Assembly (NCBI RefSeq): GCF_004010195.1
Contig: NC_057750.1
Coordinates: 18,576,542-18,640,541, forward strand
Direction: 5' to 3'
DNA length: 64,000 bases
Origin: Chiloscyllium plagiosum
Lineage: Eukaryota
Shown here: one piece after another, positions 1-13,210 of the stretch
Layout of the letters: every line of letters begins with the position of its first letter
Numbering within the stretch: position 1 is the first letter of the stretch
Position numbers and translations under genes: made by a program
Notes under the pieces: generated by a model
Database searches by the model: none
What the model saw: only the letters and a program-made list of their open reading frames with translations
Told to the model about the DNA's origin: nothing

Positions 1-1057
1 CATCTCTTTATAAGCTGTCAAGTCGCAGACTACCTATTGGACTCGTGTTGCAATCTCAAAATTTCCTGGACAGTGTGTAAAACACACCAAATGGTTATCA
101 AAAGCTAAAGAAGAGTTATTGAACTTCAATGTCACAAGTGAAAAATGCAAGTCACAGAGGTGAGTTGGGGTGATCTACAATCATGAGATATTAATGGAGG
201 TTAGCTCAATGCCAAATGTTGGATCATAGAATTCCCCTACAATGTGAAAACCGTCCATTTGACCCAACAAGCTCACATCGATCCTCTGAAGAGCAACCCA
301 CCCAGACCCATTCCCGTACCCTATTACTTGACATTTACCCCTGACCAATACACGTAACCTACACATTCATGAACACTATGGGAAATTTAGCAGGGTCAAT
401 TCACCTATGCTGCACATATTTAGATTGTGGGAGGAAACTAGAGCTCCGTCAGGAAACCTACACAGACACCGAAGGGAATGTGCAAACTTCACAGACAGTC
501 ACCCGAGGCTGGAATCGAACCCGCATCTCTGGTGCTGTGAGATAATAGTGCTATCCCAAAAAGAATTCATATATCAGAGAGTAGTTGAAATGCTGAAAGA
601 CATAAAGTGAATTCAGGAGATCTGTAGCACACTTTCGTTTAGCTCCAAAAGACGTGAATGAAGCTATAAGATCGTATAACACATAAGGATTCTTGCCTTC
701 AACCAAAATATAAAACTGGTTTGAAAGTCAGGCAATTACGGAAGATATGATTGATTTAATAGCTCTTTTTGGTAATAATCTGAAATCCAATGGCGTAGTT
801 CCTTCAAACGATGGAAGTTCGAACTTCTCTTTAAATGTGGATAGTCTTTATTTGGATGATAATGTCAGAGTTAAGGAGGGCAGAAAGCATCAATAAGAAG
901 GAATTGTCGAAGCCTTATTCAGAGGGAGGGGCGTGTCCAAAGACACATCACTTGCTAGGTTTTCATCAATATAATAAATGAGCAGACTGGGACTTCCAGG
1001 AGTCCACACTTCTATTTATGCTCCACTGTGTACTCGGCGAAAGATTTTAAGTTTAAA

Positions 1058-1595
1058 ATGTATCTGTTCCTGGGATTGATGATCTCGTTTTATTGTAAGT
1101 GAATTAGTAAAAACAGTAAATCTGATTAATAACCTTGTTCGACATTTTTCTTCCGACAATATAATTCTGCCTTCGTCTTTCTCTGTATATTTTTGCCCTA
1201 CTGTCGTTCTACAACTTGAGGGTCTATTTTGTTCTCATTTCCCGAAAGTCAAATTTACTAACTTTCCACCCCCACACCCGTTTCTCTTTTTTTTCCCAGA
1301 TGCAGACTCACAGACTATCCACCAGACTCCCGCTGTTGTCTCCAGTTCTCCCGGGAAAGAACTGAAACTGAAGTGCACTGTTCAGGGCACTAGTAACCCT
1401 GACATGTACTGGTACAGACAAGACTTCGGGAAGGGGCTACGATTTATGTTTTACTCCAGGAGTACAACTCACATAGATCCAGAAGAGCCAGTGGATGGAT
1501 TCACCGCCAAGAGGCCGAGTGACTCTGAGTTCAACCTGCACACTTCCAGCCTTCGAGTGGATCACTCGGCCGTGTATTACTGCGCCTGGAGTATT
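1058..1595 (+). CDS. TRBV: TCR beta V segment V1 (TRBV30-like CAWS family), apparently functional
   Basis: Leader exon 1058-1094 (MYLFLGLMISFY, T|gtaagt). Acceptor ttttcccag ends at 1299. V exon 1300-1595 is in frame: SQTIHQTPAVVSSSPGKELKLKC..MYWYRQ..FYS..RPSDSEF..HSAVYYCAWSI. Followed by a 23-RSS. Confidence 0.95.
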
Positions 1596-1634
1596 CACAG
1601 TGACTCAGAGAGAGGGAGCAGCTCAACAAAAACC
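1596..1634 (+). other. 23-bp-spacer recombination signal sequence of V1
   Basis: CACAGTG + 23 nt + ACAAAAACC, a perfect consensus. Confidence 0.97.
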
Positions 1635-2860
1635 CCCAAAGCAGCAGGAAGCAGCTGTCAACGAGAACACAAGGTTGGGCTGCATCCTGTTGGGTCTTTT
1701 TTCCTGCGGAAGCATGAGTCAGTACAGTAAGAGATGTACATTGACTGAATCGCTGAAAACCCCCAATGTACATGAATTAATCGGAAAAGCAGACGGCTTT
1801 CTGAGGCCTGAAAGAGCTCACTGTTTTGTATATGATTTACAAGTCACACAGATACAGGAGTAGGTCATCCGGTCCCTGAATGCAAGTAACATTGAAAGAA
1901 AATAATTCAGTCTCTTTGTTACTGCTGCAAACAATCAGAAATTGCATTCACTTTCTTTCGAACCATTTATAAAAGAACAGGAGGACGTTCATTCAACTTT
2001 GCTTGAATTGGTCATAGAGGATATCAGGAGTTCAGTCTTGAAGTTTGTGTACAAGGCAATTCATCATATTGTAACTGTTTAGTCATTCAGTTAGATTAGG
2101 GCTGGCTTACCTCCTATCTACATTTAACCATTTTTATGTTGCATTTTTCACTGTTGTCATATAATAAGACAGACAGCAATTTCAAAACTCGTGTTTTTGA
2201 CGACACCACAAACTTGCAAATTAGAAGAAATACTAATCCAGTCTGAAAACAATCTATCCAGGGAGTTATATAAACGCTTTACTGATCCGGTCAAGGCAAC
2301 ATGACAGAAGAAACATCAGCAACGTTGAATCATTTGGCTCCTTCAGACCGTTCCACCATTTACTGAAAGCGTCGCTAATCAGAATGTGACTTTCTTGCCT
2401 GATGGCATGTCATTATCTTTCCCCACCACCAGCTCCCACCCTCAATCACTCTTTACTCCTTTATCATGCAAAACCCTCTCGGCCTTGAACATATTCACTG
2501 ATCTGACCTTAACTACGCTTTGTACAAGTGGATTCCACATGGAATCCAAGAGCATTCTGGAGAAGAAGCTCCTCCCTAAACACGTCATAACCTACGTCTC
2601 CTGAGGAAGGCTCACTGGAACCGACACATTAACTCTGATTTCTCTCCTCAGGTGTTCTAGACTTGCTGGGCCTTTCCAGCAATTTCCGTTTTGGCTTCTT
2701 AAACCTCCGAAACTTATTTTGGAATTATTTCAGCCCAGTTCCAGAATGGTCATGATCGGGACACTTTTCTCAACACCGAACCCCTCAGAACCTATAATTT
2801 GTCAGTGTTATAATTTCTCATTCTTCTAAACTCGAACTTCAAATTTGCTCCGCTATGTTT

Positions 2861-3187
2861 AGATTAGATTAGATTAGATTACTTACAGTGTGGAAACAGG
2901 CCCTTCGGCCCAACAAGTCCACACCGACCCGCCGAAGCGTAACCAACCCAGACCCATTCTCCTACATTTATCCCTTCACCTAACACTACGGGCAATTTAG
3001 CGTGGCCAATTCACCTAACCTGCACATTTTTGGATTGTGGGAGGAAACCGGACCACCCGGAGGAAACCCACGCAGACACGGGGAGAATGTGCAAACTCCA
3101 CACAGAGAGTCGCCTGAGGCGGGAATTGAACCCGGGTCTCTGGCGCTGTGAAGCAGCAGTGCTAACCACTGTGCTACCGTGCCGCCC
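2861..3187 (-). mobile_element. tRNA-derived SINE (shark HE1-like), near intact
   Basis: The minus-strand 5' head has A/B boxes (CACAGTGGTTAGCAC..GGTTCAATTCC) and there is a (TTAGA)n tail. Related copies at about 225-550, 10425-10680, 41920-42210, 48465-48640, 57425-57765 and 59190-59460. Confidence 0.85.
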
Positions 3188-3590
3188 ACTGACTCCTCAT
3201 GTTGCTGACTCCTCACAGGACATGAAAAGTTTTCTGCAAATAAAGAACCCTGGGATGCTTTTTCCATTTTTTTCAGCCTCAATATTCTACATTGAAAGAC
3301 ATGAGAGCAACGTTTTTGCGGTCTTTACTTTGATTTCCCCTCTAAAACCCTACCATTGTTCTGGAGCAGCTGACATCCGACCTTTCCACATTTTTGTCCT
3401 CTGCACCAATCCCTCCGTCTGCATTTCGATCTTCCTGTTGCAGAACGTTCAATCAGAGAATCAGAGATGGTGCTCTCAATGTAATTGGCATCTAGTTCCT
3501 CCTAGTCAGAAGGTTCGAGAAGAAGCATTGCGCTTTCAATGTTGCCTCACCAAAGGTAAAGGTTATTTAATAGACAACTTGTATTCAAAG

Positions 3591-4131
3591 GTGTATCTTT
3601 TGCTCATTCTGTTCATCACGCTTCACCTTAACGATCTCCACAATTAAAAACAATCGATTTCCTTTCCTTTTGGTCTCCTTCCTTCTGGCCTCTTTCTGTC
3701 TGTCCTTTTCCGAATTAACAGAATTCATGTCTTTTTTTTTCAATCCCTTTCCTTCGTTTTCATTTTTTCACGTCTCCCAAGTGTCCGAATTTTCTGATCT
3801 CGTTCTTTCCCTGCCTTCTTCGTGAAATGTGACATCGCAATGTATGCACCAGATTCCCGCTGTAGGCTCCACATTTCCTGAGCGGAGAGTGGAAATAAAA
3901 TGCACAGTGGAGTGAGCAATTACCCTATGTATATATCGATACAGACAAACCCCGTTTTATTGTGGAGTTGCTCAAATTGTGAATAAAGAAGCGGCGGCTA
4001 ATGGTTTCACTGATGAGCAACTCCAAGTGTATCCTGGAGACCCCGACCTGCAAATGAATCACTCGGCTGCTTATTACTGCGCCTGGAATCTTCACAGTGG
4101 GTCAGACAGATGGAGCAGCTCAACGACAATC
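3591..4131 (+). pseudogene. TRBV: TRBV pseudogene V2 (CAWS family)
   Basis: Degenerate leader at 3591 (GTG start, no GT donor). V remnant about 3830-4092 has a TGA just after the first Cys and internal deletions, and ends HSAAYYCAWNL. CACAGTG at 4093 + 23 nt + damaged nonamer ACGACAATC. Confidence 0.88.
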
Positions 4132-6056
4132 CCAAAGGCAGCACAAAACAACTGAAAATGACAGCGTTCATCGTCTTGCCATCCTGTCTGAAATCTTATT
4201 AATTGAAGATCAATGGAAATGACAAAAAAGCACTGCAGAAGTGGGACACCAGAAAAGAACAGCTATAAATACCAGGAAACATTGAAAGGTTTGGACGTGC
4301 TTTCTATAAGTTAGAAAGAAAAGTGGTGATTCAAGAAATTTAAGATACTGGAATGATCTAATTCAATAGGCATCGGGAGGATATTTGTTCAAATTTGTTC
4401 AAGGGCGGAAGAAACGATTCACAATAACGTATAAGAAATTCTGCAGGGAATTCTGGACAATCATCGGTATCCAAAGATTGGTGAGAATGTAGAATTCCCC
4501 ACTAACACAGCAAGTTGTAGTGAAAGCCGAACTGCCTTTAACCAGGAAAGCCGGATAATCAGATGTGGAGGAAGGACAAAGAAAAAAAAATGCTGATGGA
4601 GTGATTCTGGAAAGAAGTTATTGCAGAGCATGAACTGCATGGAGATGTCGGGATAAATAGCTTCTTTCTGTGATAGGCTTTCGATGCATTTAGAATGGGG
4701 AGAAGAAATAACTATTATATTTGTAGAGTGCAGGGACTGACGGAGTAAGGGGCGTGCACACGTGTTACTGCAGGAATAAAAGTGAGGGAACGGCATTGGG
4801 GTACATAGTCCTCTCCACATTTTGCCCTGGACTGTTGGCAGGTAATTCAAACCAGGATCTGGATTTTCATAAAATCCATTAAAACAGGAATGTAATGACG
4901 GCAAAACTTCCAAGCAGGATTATCAAAACGAGCTGATTAAGCATCAGAGAAAGATTGGACAAAACAGTGAAAGACTAAAAGAAATAATCAAGGATATACA
5001 GATATAAAAAGGCAAGGTAATAAGAAGCAGAAGGAACGCTGAGACCATGTAACTCATCAATGTCTGAAACACCTCTGAAAAGAAAAACCCAGAGGAAGTC
5101 ATTCGTGCATTCAGGCCCAATCCAGACTGTTATACAGGATCAAGAGGTGTCCCATTGTGCGCGAATCGAGTCTATTACATAGCAACAAAAGTAAACCATT
5201 CAATCCCTCTTTAAGCTGTTACAGACAATCAGAGGACGTCCATCAAAATTCTCCCGACCTTTGCACTAAACCACTTGCACAGGGACAGAAGAAAATCTGT
5301 CACACCCTCTGATATTTTACACAGGAAAGGGAGGAGTTCATGCAGAAGTAATTAAGTAGAAATTCACATCACATTAATTGAGAATATGGCTGTGGTTAAT
5401 AACAGTTCTAGTTTGAAGATACTAAACAGAACATTTCTGGAAATTTTGTGGCACATTGATTGTGGCCCTTCCCATGAAGCCTGGACTCAAATACGACTTG
5501 CTCCACAGCTGTATCACAGCACCTACGAACAGGTTGATTGGAAGTGCAGATACCTGCATATCCTATTACAAAAAAATTACTTGCTGCTCTTCTGCTGTAA
5601 TGGTTATGTCCTTATTTCTGAGTCAGGAGGGTTGGGTTCAATGACTCCTTTAACACAGAGACTTGTTTAATACAATCTCTGAAAATATTTATATCAGGTG
5701 GCCAAAGGAACTGAGAGAATGCGTAGGAGTCTCACCGGTTCTCAAAGTGAGACGAGAGAACCGGTAAGAGAGAAGGATGCCTTTATGCTGTTATAGGAAT
5801 CGCAGTCATCAAAGAGAATGATTAACATCGCTACTTTACCTTTAATTGAAGAAACGACGCATTCAAACCTTTCTTCTTCATTATGACCTTCAGAGTTTCT
5901 CCATTGATTTAGAAAAAAACGCTTTGTCCCTTCACAGGACTCCACGCAACAGTTTTCTCTTTTTATTTTATAAATAACGACGTGATTGAAGAATCTAAAT
6001 GAAATGTTTCATCATTTTGAACATAATAATTCTTGTTACTGAGCTTTTGACTCTGG

Positions 6057-6545
6057 CTTTCTACCTTTCTCTGAAACACTCTGCGAGGAGGTGTCCTGTC
6101 TCTCCAATGCAGAGGAGACCGCTTCAGGAGTAACAGATATAGTAAATGACATGTGTGGAAGTGTAGGTGAAACTTTGATGGATGTGGAAGGCTCCTTTTG
6201 GGGAGTCGTGAGGGGGAGGTGTGGGCGCAGGTTTTGCAATTCCTGCGGTGGCAGGGGAAGGTGCCTGGAGGGGAGGGTGGGTTGTTGAGTGGGGGTGGGT
6301 GGGTGTCGACCTGACCAGGTAGTCGAGGAGGGAATGTTCTTTGCGGAAAGGGGTGGAGACGGGAATATACCTCTGGTGGTGGGGTCCTTTTGCAGGTGGC
6401 GGAAATGGCGGAGGATTATGTGGTGTATACGGAGGTTGGTGGGGTGGAAGTTGAGGACCAGTGGGGTTATGTCCTTGTTGTGGCGTAGGTGCTGGAAGTG
6501 GATGAGATGCGCTGAAGGGCATCATTAACCACGTGACAGGAGAAA
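6057..6545 (-). mobile_element. Penelope-like element fragment (GIY-YIG region)
   Basis: Translates as KGAFHIHQSFTYTSTHVIYYIC. Same family as 43043-43890 and 57100-57400. Confidence 0.7.
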
Positions 6546-6559
6546 CTGAGTTGGATGAT

Positions 6560-6761
6560 CATCCATGACCTGGCATAAATAACTGCACGGAGGCTGGGTC
6601 CCATTAACAAGTCATCCTTTATTACAAGTGTACAGCACACTGGCTGTTCAGAGGACTGTTTATTTGATCTCTAAGACGGAAGGGTCAGCTGTAGTATCTT
6701 AGGTTTATTGGCAATTAACGTATACAATAACTCAGAGAGATGGAACACTTCAATAAAAAAA
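6560..6761 (+). pseudogene. Highly decayed TRBV relic with degenerate 23-RSS
   Basis: ATG ACC TGG CAT AAA TAA resembles FR2. TACAATA-actcagagagatggaacacttca-ATAAAAAAA and the downstream aaagcagcaggaagcagctg match the V1 RSS spacer and flank. A Penelope-like insertion lies immediately upstream. Confidence 0.55.
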
Positions 6762-7850
6762 ACCAAAAGCAGCAGGAAGCAGCTGTTTTAGGTAAAATTA
6801 AAAGGAATCTCTGATGTTTTCCTTCTCTCAGAATTCACATAGTTTTAAAGAGCGACATGAGAAAGTCAGTGAATGATCACGAGAAAAATAACAGCTCTCG
6901 TTAGGGTTGAATGGGTGTAAATTGAACTAGGAATTCAGGCGAACATATTTAATTCGAGGATTAATGAAAGAGTGGAACTCTGTGTGACAGGGAGGACACT
7001 GAAGCGAGTAACCGACGTATAGATAATAGAAAGGTCGACGATGGATGAATATTGCGAACAGGATGGCACATGAACACATCCGGTGCTGAATGTGGAATTA
7101 ATTCAGTAAGTAGCTGAAGTCGATTTTCAAAGGGTACAGGAAGTTGACTCCAAGAAAGCTCTATATTACGTTAGAAAGGAGAAGAGCTGGGAATTAGAGA
7201 AAAGTTTGGAGACTGAGAGAAAGGAAATCAACTTGCGGTTTATATGATTTGCGATTTACCTCTCCACATAGACTGCAGAAGGCGCTGTAGGACCATGAAA
7301 TCGTCAGTGACTGGAAATGTTTCAATAGAATCACAGGAACAGGACAAAAACCATACAGTCCCTCAGTTTGGTGCACAATTTAATTCAATTATAGTTCATC
7401 TTTATATATCCGCCACCACTCCACGTCCCTCCATAGACAGAAGAATGCATTTTTTCCATTTCAGGCTTGAAATGTCCAAGTTATCAGTATAATTAGTTTG
7501 TTATTGGAACATTCAGATTTTTAAAATCGTCTGTGTGACGAAATACTTGCAGATTCCATTCCTGAAAGTCCTAGTCCTAACTATATGCAAAAATGTTATT
7601 CTGAATTGCTTTGTCTATTTACTTCATTTGTTTACGACCCCTCTGCAACGTGTGCCTATCTTCACCACTTATACACTATCACAGATAGAAGCACGTGGTT
7701 TCTGATAGAGTAGAAAGGAGTGAGCTCACACTGGCATCACTTCCTTCCCATGGTTCTTCCTACTTTTTGAGTGATTTTAAAGAAGCTGGTTTAACTTCCA
7801 ACACAATTGGACTCTCTTGTCGTTCACTTTCCCATCAGTATAAGAGCGCA

Positions 7851-8320
7851 ATGTCAAAGATATATTTCCCGCTGAGCCTCCTGATTTTAATTCAATGCAA
7901 GTAATCTTTCCATGTAATATTTCTTGTTCACAACCTTTTTCAGCATTTATTATCTTTCTGTTTTATAGTTTTCCTTTTGCTCTTTGACCGTCAGAATGTT
8001 GCTGTTTATTAATTTATCCCTCACCCTATCTGCTTTTAGATGTGAAAACAAGAACTATCCATCAGACTCCTCTAACTGTTTCCAAAGTTTCAGGGGGAAG
8101 CGTGAAACTGAAATGCACAGCGGAGGGAGCTGCTAGCGGTTATATGTACTGGTACAGACAATACCCGGGGAAGGAGCTGCAGCTAATGTTTTACTCTGCA
8201 ATTGAACAAAATGTGAATAAAGAGGGGTCGGCGGATGGTTTCACCGCCAAGAGACCGAGTGACTCGGATTTTAATCTGGAGTCCTCCGACCTGAAGGTAG
8301 ATGACTCGGCCATGTATTAG
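7851..8320 (+). pseudogene. TRBV: TRBV V3 (CAWS family), 3'-truncated, no Cys104 and no RSS
   Basis: Leader 7851-7896 MSKIYFPLSLLILIQ with a GC donor (gcaagt). Acceptor ends at 8039. Open V exon TIHQTP..KC..WYRQ..DDSAMY ends in TAG, followed by unrelated sequence. Confidence 0.9.
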
Positions 8321-9103
8321 GGTTCACTCTCTTGACCTTCTTCTTTCCTGAGATACACGTGAGAGTTTTACCCATAGCTGGTAACTACATCTTGGAAGCC
8401 GAGCTTCTTTGTTTTCTTTAGTTTAGCCGGAGCCTACAGCATTACTCTGGTTTTATCTGTTATCATGAGGATGGCGCCGGATGGAGACACTTTGTTTTCT
8501 TTTTTGGGATGTGATGATCTGTTGCCCAACAGTAACTCTTGCACATATTGCTGAATGCTGACCTCTTTCATGCTTATTATTGATGTGTTTTATTGTCGTT
8601 ATTAAGATAAACTTCACATTCACATTTCAATTTTTGTTTTTGCATTTGCATTTCATGATAAGATTTGAACACCGTTTCCCCAAACAATTAGCCTGGGCAT
8701 TTGGATTACCGCATAATAAATCTCAGTAATACATCTCGTTGCATTATCACGATACAGCTATGTACCCTGGGCTCTTATTTTAATAAAAACTTCTCCTGCA
8801 AGCGACGAGCACCAACAATGAGGAGTGGCAACCAGGCTAACCATTGTATATCAGGCACCAAACTAACACTCTTTATCCTTCACGTCAGACAGATTTGTAA
8901 TTACAATAGAGTAGCAACTACATGAAGATGACTTAGAGAGGAACAAATTTACTCACTCTGATTGGTTGAAGGAGGCCTGTCCAAATGTTTCTCTCAGGGG
9001 CATGGTTTTCAGATTTGCCTCAATGTTTGAAAAGAGCAGGTTGGCTCCTCACAGGACGCACAACTTCTGTTTTCGCTCCTTGCTTATTAGGGTCAAGCAA
9101 AAG

Positions 9104-9579
9104 ATGTATCTAGCTCTAGCTCTGGTGATTTTGCTTGACTGTGAGAATATTTGCTAAAATTTACGCCCCATTTTATGTTTCTTCTCTCTCCCCTCTCCCT
9201 CCCTTTTCACTTTCCCTTCTTTGTTTTCCTTTCCAAGCAACGGTTTAGCACTCCCTTTGCCCCTGTTTACTGATTTTCCTTTCCATATCTTTCACAGATT
9301 ATCCGGCAATCACCCACTGGCACCTCAAAAATTCCTGTAGAAGCCGTGCATCTTAAGTGCACTGTGCAGGGCGCCAGCACTGGCCGAATGTTTTGGTGCA
9401 CACAAGACGCGGGGAAGGATCTGCAACTGATGTTTCACTCCCTTACAGCACAACGCGTGGATCCAGAGCAGCCGGTGGATGGTTTCATCACTGAGCGACT
9501 GAGTAACACCGCATTCGACACAAAGATCACAAAGCTGTGGGTAACTCACTCGGCCGTGTATTTCTGTACCTGGAGTCTT
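9104..9579 (+). pseudogene. TRBV: TRBV V4 (CAWS family), ORF/pseudogene
   Basis: Leader 9104-9140 MYLALALVILLD|gtgag. The expected acceptor appears mutated (CAT at 9284-9286) and the remaining CAG at 9295-9297 is out of frame. WYRQ has become WCTQ; ends HSAVYFCTWSL. CACAGTG at 9580 has a shortened spacer. Confidence 0.85.
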
Positions 9580-10894
9580 CACAGTGACTCAGCGCAGCAC
9601 AACAAGCAAACCCCCCAAACAGCACAAAACAGCTTGAATAAATTGAAACAGCGGGTAGCATCTGTTTGGTCAAATTGTGAACAACAAGACGTGAAAGCAC
9701 AAAAAGTGACAGATTAAACAGGAGAGATATAAATCAAGGAAAAGCACAAGCAAGATGGAAGAGAACACAGAAAGGACAAGGGAAACGAATGCACGAACGG
9801 TAGGAAGAATGCATGTGGAGTGCACACATTTGGTAAAGTGATATCGAGAATGAAGGATGCTCAATAACTGGATAGGCAAGAGCAGGTGCGATGTTTCTGC
9901 TTAATGCTAAGAAAATCAAATTTATATTGTTCACAAGAGCGACAAGGATGAGCAGCTTTGGTTCAGGGATAGTCTAGAGAAAACTGTGTTGCTTTACAAT
10001 ATTTCTTTAAGCTGACGAGGAACGTTTATAGAATAGAAGCAGTCTGTGTAGGCAAAATATTGCTCTGATCTAGAATCCAGCATTTTGAAGTTACTGTTAA
10101 TAGTTACCATGAATTATACTGAAGAACTTAACCAATATAATTTTTCAGGAAAATCGCAAAGGAGGAAGGGTAACTCGGTTGCGATGGGCTATATGGCTTC
10201 CTTGTTATCTGACAAAAGGGGAGGCTAGGAGTCAGTTCATAAAGTCGAAGTTGTCCGAGCTTCAAGCACTTGGCGTGGATGCATTTGCTTCTAATCAAAT
10301 TTGAATTCAGGAACAACCATAAGTTGCAGTTGTGTCAAATCACTTGTCTTATAGTCTTTAATATGTTTGATTTTTAAAATTCAATGAAATAGTTACTAAT
10401 GTTTGTCTCTGCTTCTTCGATAGAATCATAGAATCCCTACAGTGCAGGTAGAGGTCATTAGGCTCAATGAATTTCACCGTCCCTCCGAAGAATATCGTAC
10501 AAAAATCCATCTCACAACTCTAACCCCATAACCCTACATCTACCCTGACTAACCCAGCTAGCCTGCACATCCCTGGATATCACAGGGCAATTTAGCTTGG
10601 CCAATCCATCTGACATGCACATTTTTGTAATGAGGGAGGAAACTGGAGCACCCAGAAGAAACCCAAACTGCCCCAAAAGCAGCAAGTGCAAGCCATTGCC
10701 ACTCGCTGTGTAATCTATTTCTTCCTCTCATTCCACCTGTATAGGTTTACTAAAACATTATATTTGGGTACCATCATTCTTGCATCTTCAACTAATGGGA
10801 TTTTTTTTCTGTCTGTAATTTAGCGAAACCTGTTAGAATCTAGCATTCCTGTATCAGATCTCCCCTTAGCCTCCTTTACTTGATAAACAAGAAG

Positions 10895-11076
10895 CCCTGC
10901 ATCTTCATCCTAATCTTCATCTTAAGAGTAAGACCCTAATGCAGTGTAGGCAAGGCGTCAGACTTACGACAGAGTAAGATCTCACCCCTGCATCTTCATC
11001 CTAATCTTCATTTTAAGAGTAAGACCCTAATGCAGTGTAGGCAAGGCGTCAGACTTACGACAGAGTAAGATCTCAC
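10895..11076. repeat. Tandem duplication, 2 x 91 bp
   Basis: ccctgcatcttcatcc...gagtaagatctcac occurs twice with one mismatch. Confidence 0.92.
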
Positions 11077-11684
11077 AATAATCTAGCGCAAAGTCTAAGG
11101 CATTTCGGCTTCGGAACAATATCTAGGTTGAGAGTCGAACATTTCTAATTACTTCTGCAGCGGAATTGCTGAGATGACCTCAGAGATTAGTCTCTGTACT
11201 CCATCAGGATTTCGCAAGATTAGCACAAACAATTGCCGTGTTCGGCATTGGTTCAGTCTGTTTATTTCCGTTTTCTAATCAAATGATCTTCAGATTATAT
11301 CCGGCTGCAATTTCCTTGAGTGACACAATTTCATTGATAACATATTATCTACCTGCACCTCCTCACCAGAAGCATAAGACATATCTCCTCCAGAAATGCC
11401 TTTTATCCTACTCACATTATGGCTAGGAAATTGGATTTTTTATTTTAGCTTTAGGCGCTTAGATATAATTTGCCAATAGTAAAACTGGGGTAAACACTGA
11501 ACCAATATCCAATGAAAGCAGTAATGACTTTAAAACACATAGATACATAACTGAATGGGTGGGTGGTGAAAAATGAAGAATTTTCAGGTCTTTTGGCAAA
11601 AGGCAGGGGCAGGATCTACTTGGATGATCCTTTAAAGAGCTATCAGTATCACGTAGCGCCAAATGACCTCTTTTATGTTTTAAA

Positions 11685-12080
11685 TCTGATCTGGATTCAG
11701 AGTGCACCCATTGTCATCCTGCCTTCACTGGCGACTTCTATTCGACCAGGAAAACGCCTCAGGCTGGAATGTCGTTTGGACGGGGTGGGTTTGAGAAACT
11801 ATATCAAATAAAGGCAAAATACTATGGATGTTGGAAATCTGAAAGACAGAGCGTGCCGGAGAAGCTCAGCAGGTCTGGTAGCAGCTATGGAGAAAGAAAC
11901 AGAGTTACATTTCATGTCCGGTATCATTTCTTTAAAATCCGATATGACTTCTTCAGCAACTACAATATGTCCCGGTACAGCAGTGATCCAGCTGTAATGC
12001 AAGGAGCGTTCAATGGTTATACTTGGCTGCAGGCCTGATTTTGAGAGGTGATTTTCTATCCAGGAAGCAAGAAATGCAGC
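11685..12080 (+). pseudogene. Decayed V-set gene of non-TRBV type, copy A, split by a short repeat insertion
   Basis: IQSAPIVILPSLATSIRPGKRLRLECRLDGVGLRNY, then a repeat at about 11810-11955, then NYNMSRY (ex-W) and RPDFER*FSIQ. Homologous to 16852-18660. Confidence 0.55.
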
Positions 12081-12839
12081 TCACAAAATGAACAGCGTTA
12101 GTGGACGAGAATTTGCGACCACTTCGACGAGGTGAGTAAGGTAAAATGGTGAACACTTAGCACAGGAAATCTCTAAAACTTTCTCAACATCCTTTGCATC
12201 ATGGGCCTGTTGACGCGTGCACAGTATACTGAAATAAGGGAGTACAATGTTTCTGCGGCACTGTTCATGACCTGGGATATTGCAAAGCACATTACAACTA
12301 TCCATCGTCTCTTTGGTGGTATGGCTCATCACTACTTGTGACATACTGTAAAAGGTTTAATCAGAAATGTAGCAGAAAGAAAGAACACAAATTCCGTTTC
12401 TTAATTCATGTTAATTGGGTATAGGAAATTTTCCTCAAAACTTTCACACTGCCAAAACCGCAGTATCATATCGACAACACATCACATTCCTGACAATAAT
12501 GCATTCCCTTAATATTGGCCCATAGACAGGACAGCAAGCACTCCGAATTGCGCCTGTGTCCACCTTTGTGCTCTAATATCTGAGATAGCACTTTAATCAC
12601 AACCCTCTGATTTTGAGGATGGGGAGGGACTTTTTAAATCTAAATAACTGCCCTTTATTCATCTAAAATAATTTTATATATACTGTCCACAGTTACAAAT
12701 GCAGTTCAGTTTGCACAGTTGTACATCAAGGACACAACAAACAGTGAAGTTGGATTCTTTCTAACAAACCAAAACCATCCCTTACTTGCACAGACTATAG
12801 TTATATGCATTTGAGACGCCGGGAGGGTCCTATAACTGA

Positions 12840-13210
12840 ACGGGCCCCATTTATCTTCTATAGGAAGTCCTCAGACAATGGTCTTTTCCAAATGTGCCTT
12901 GCCGGTAGTGGGTCCCGCCGCACATCGTCCTGGACTTTGGAATGTGCCAGTTTGCAACACTCTGAGGAGGTGAACTCTTGTTTTGGAAGACCAACAGGTT
13001 TCGGGCAGACCAAAGAGCATCTTTTACCGAGTTGATGATCTTTCAAGCATAGTTGATGATCAACTCCTTGTGCATCTGGAATCGCAGAGCACCCAGTCTT
13101 GTGTCAGGGAGATGCTCAGGACAACCCTCCATACAAAGCATCTTCAGATTTCCTTTGCAAAGGTACACTCATCAAAGCTACTCTGCCTGTGATGGCAAAT
13201 GGCGTAGTTT
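12840..13210 (-). mobile_element. L1/Tx1-like non-LTR retrotransposon 3' fragment
   Basis: Minus-strand peptide CCKLAHSKVQDDVRRD resembles the ORF2 C-terminus of such elements. Confidence 0.45.

Noticed and set aside
3100-3187. tRNA-like sequence, and CACAGTG/CACTGTG heptamers within SINE copies
   Set aside because: This is the SINE head, not a tRNA gene, and no correctly spaced nonamer was seen.
8316-8325. TTAGGG at the V3 breakpoint, suggesting telomerase healing
   Set aside because: A single hexamer is expected by chance.
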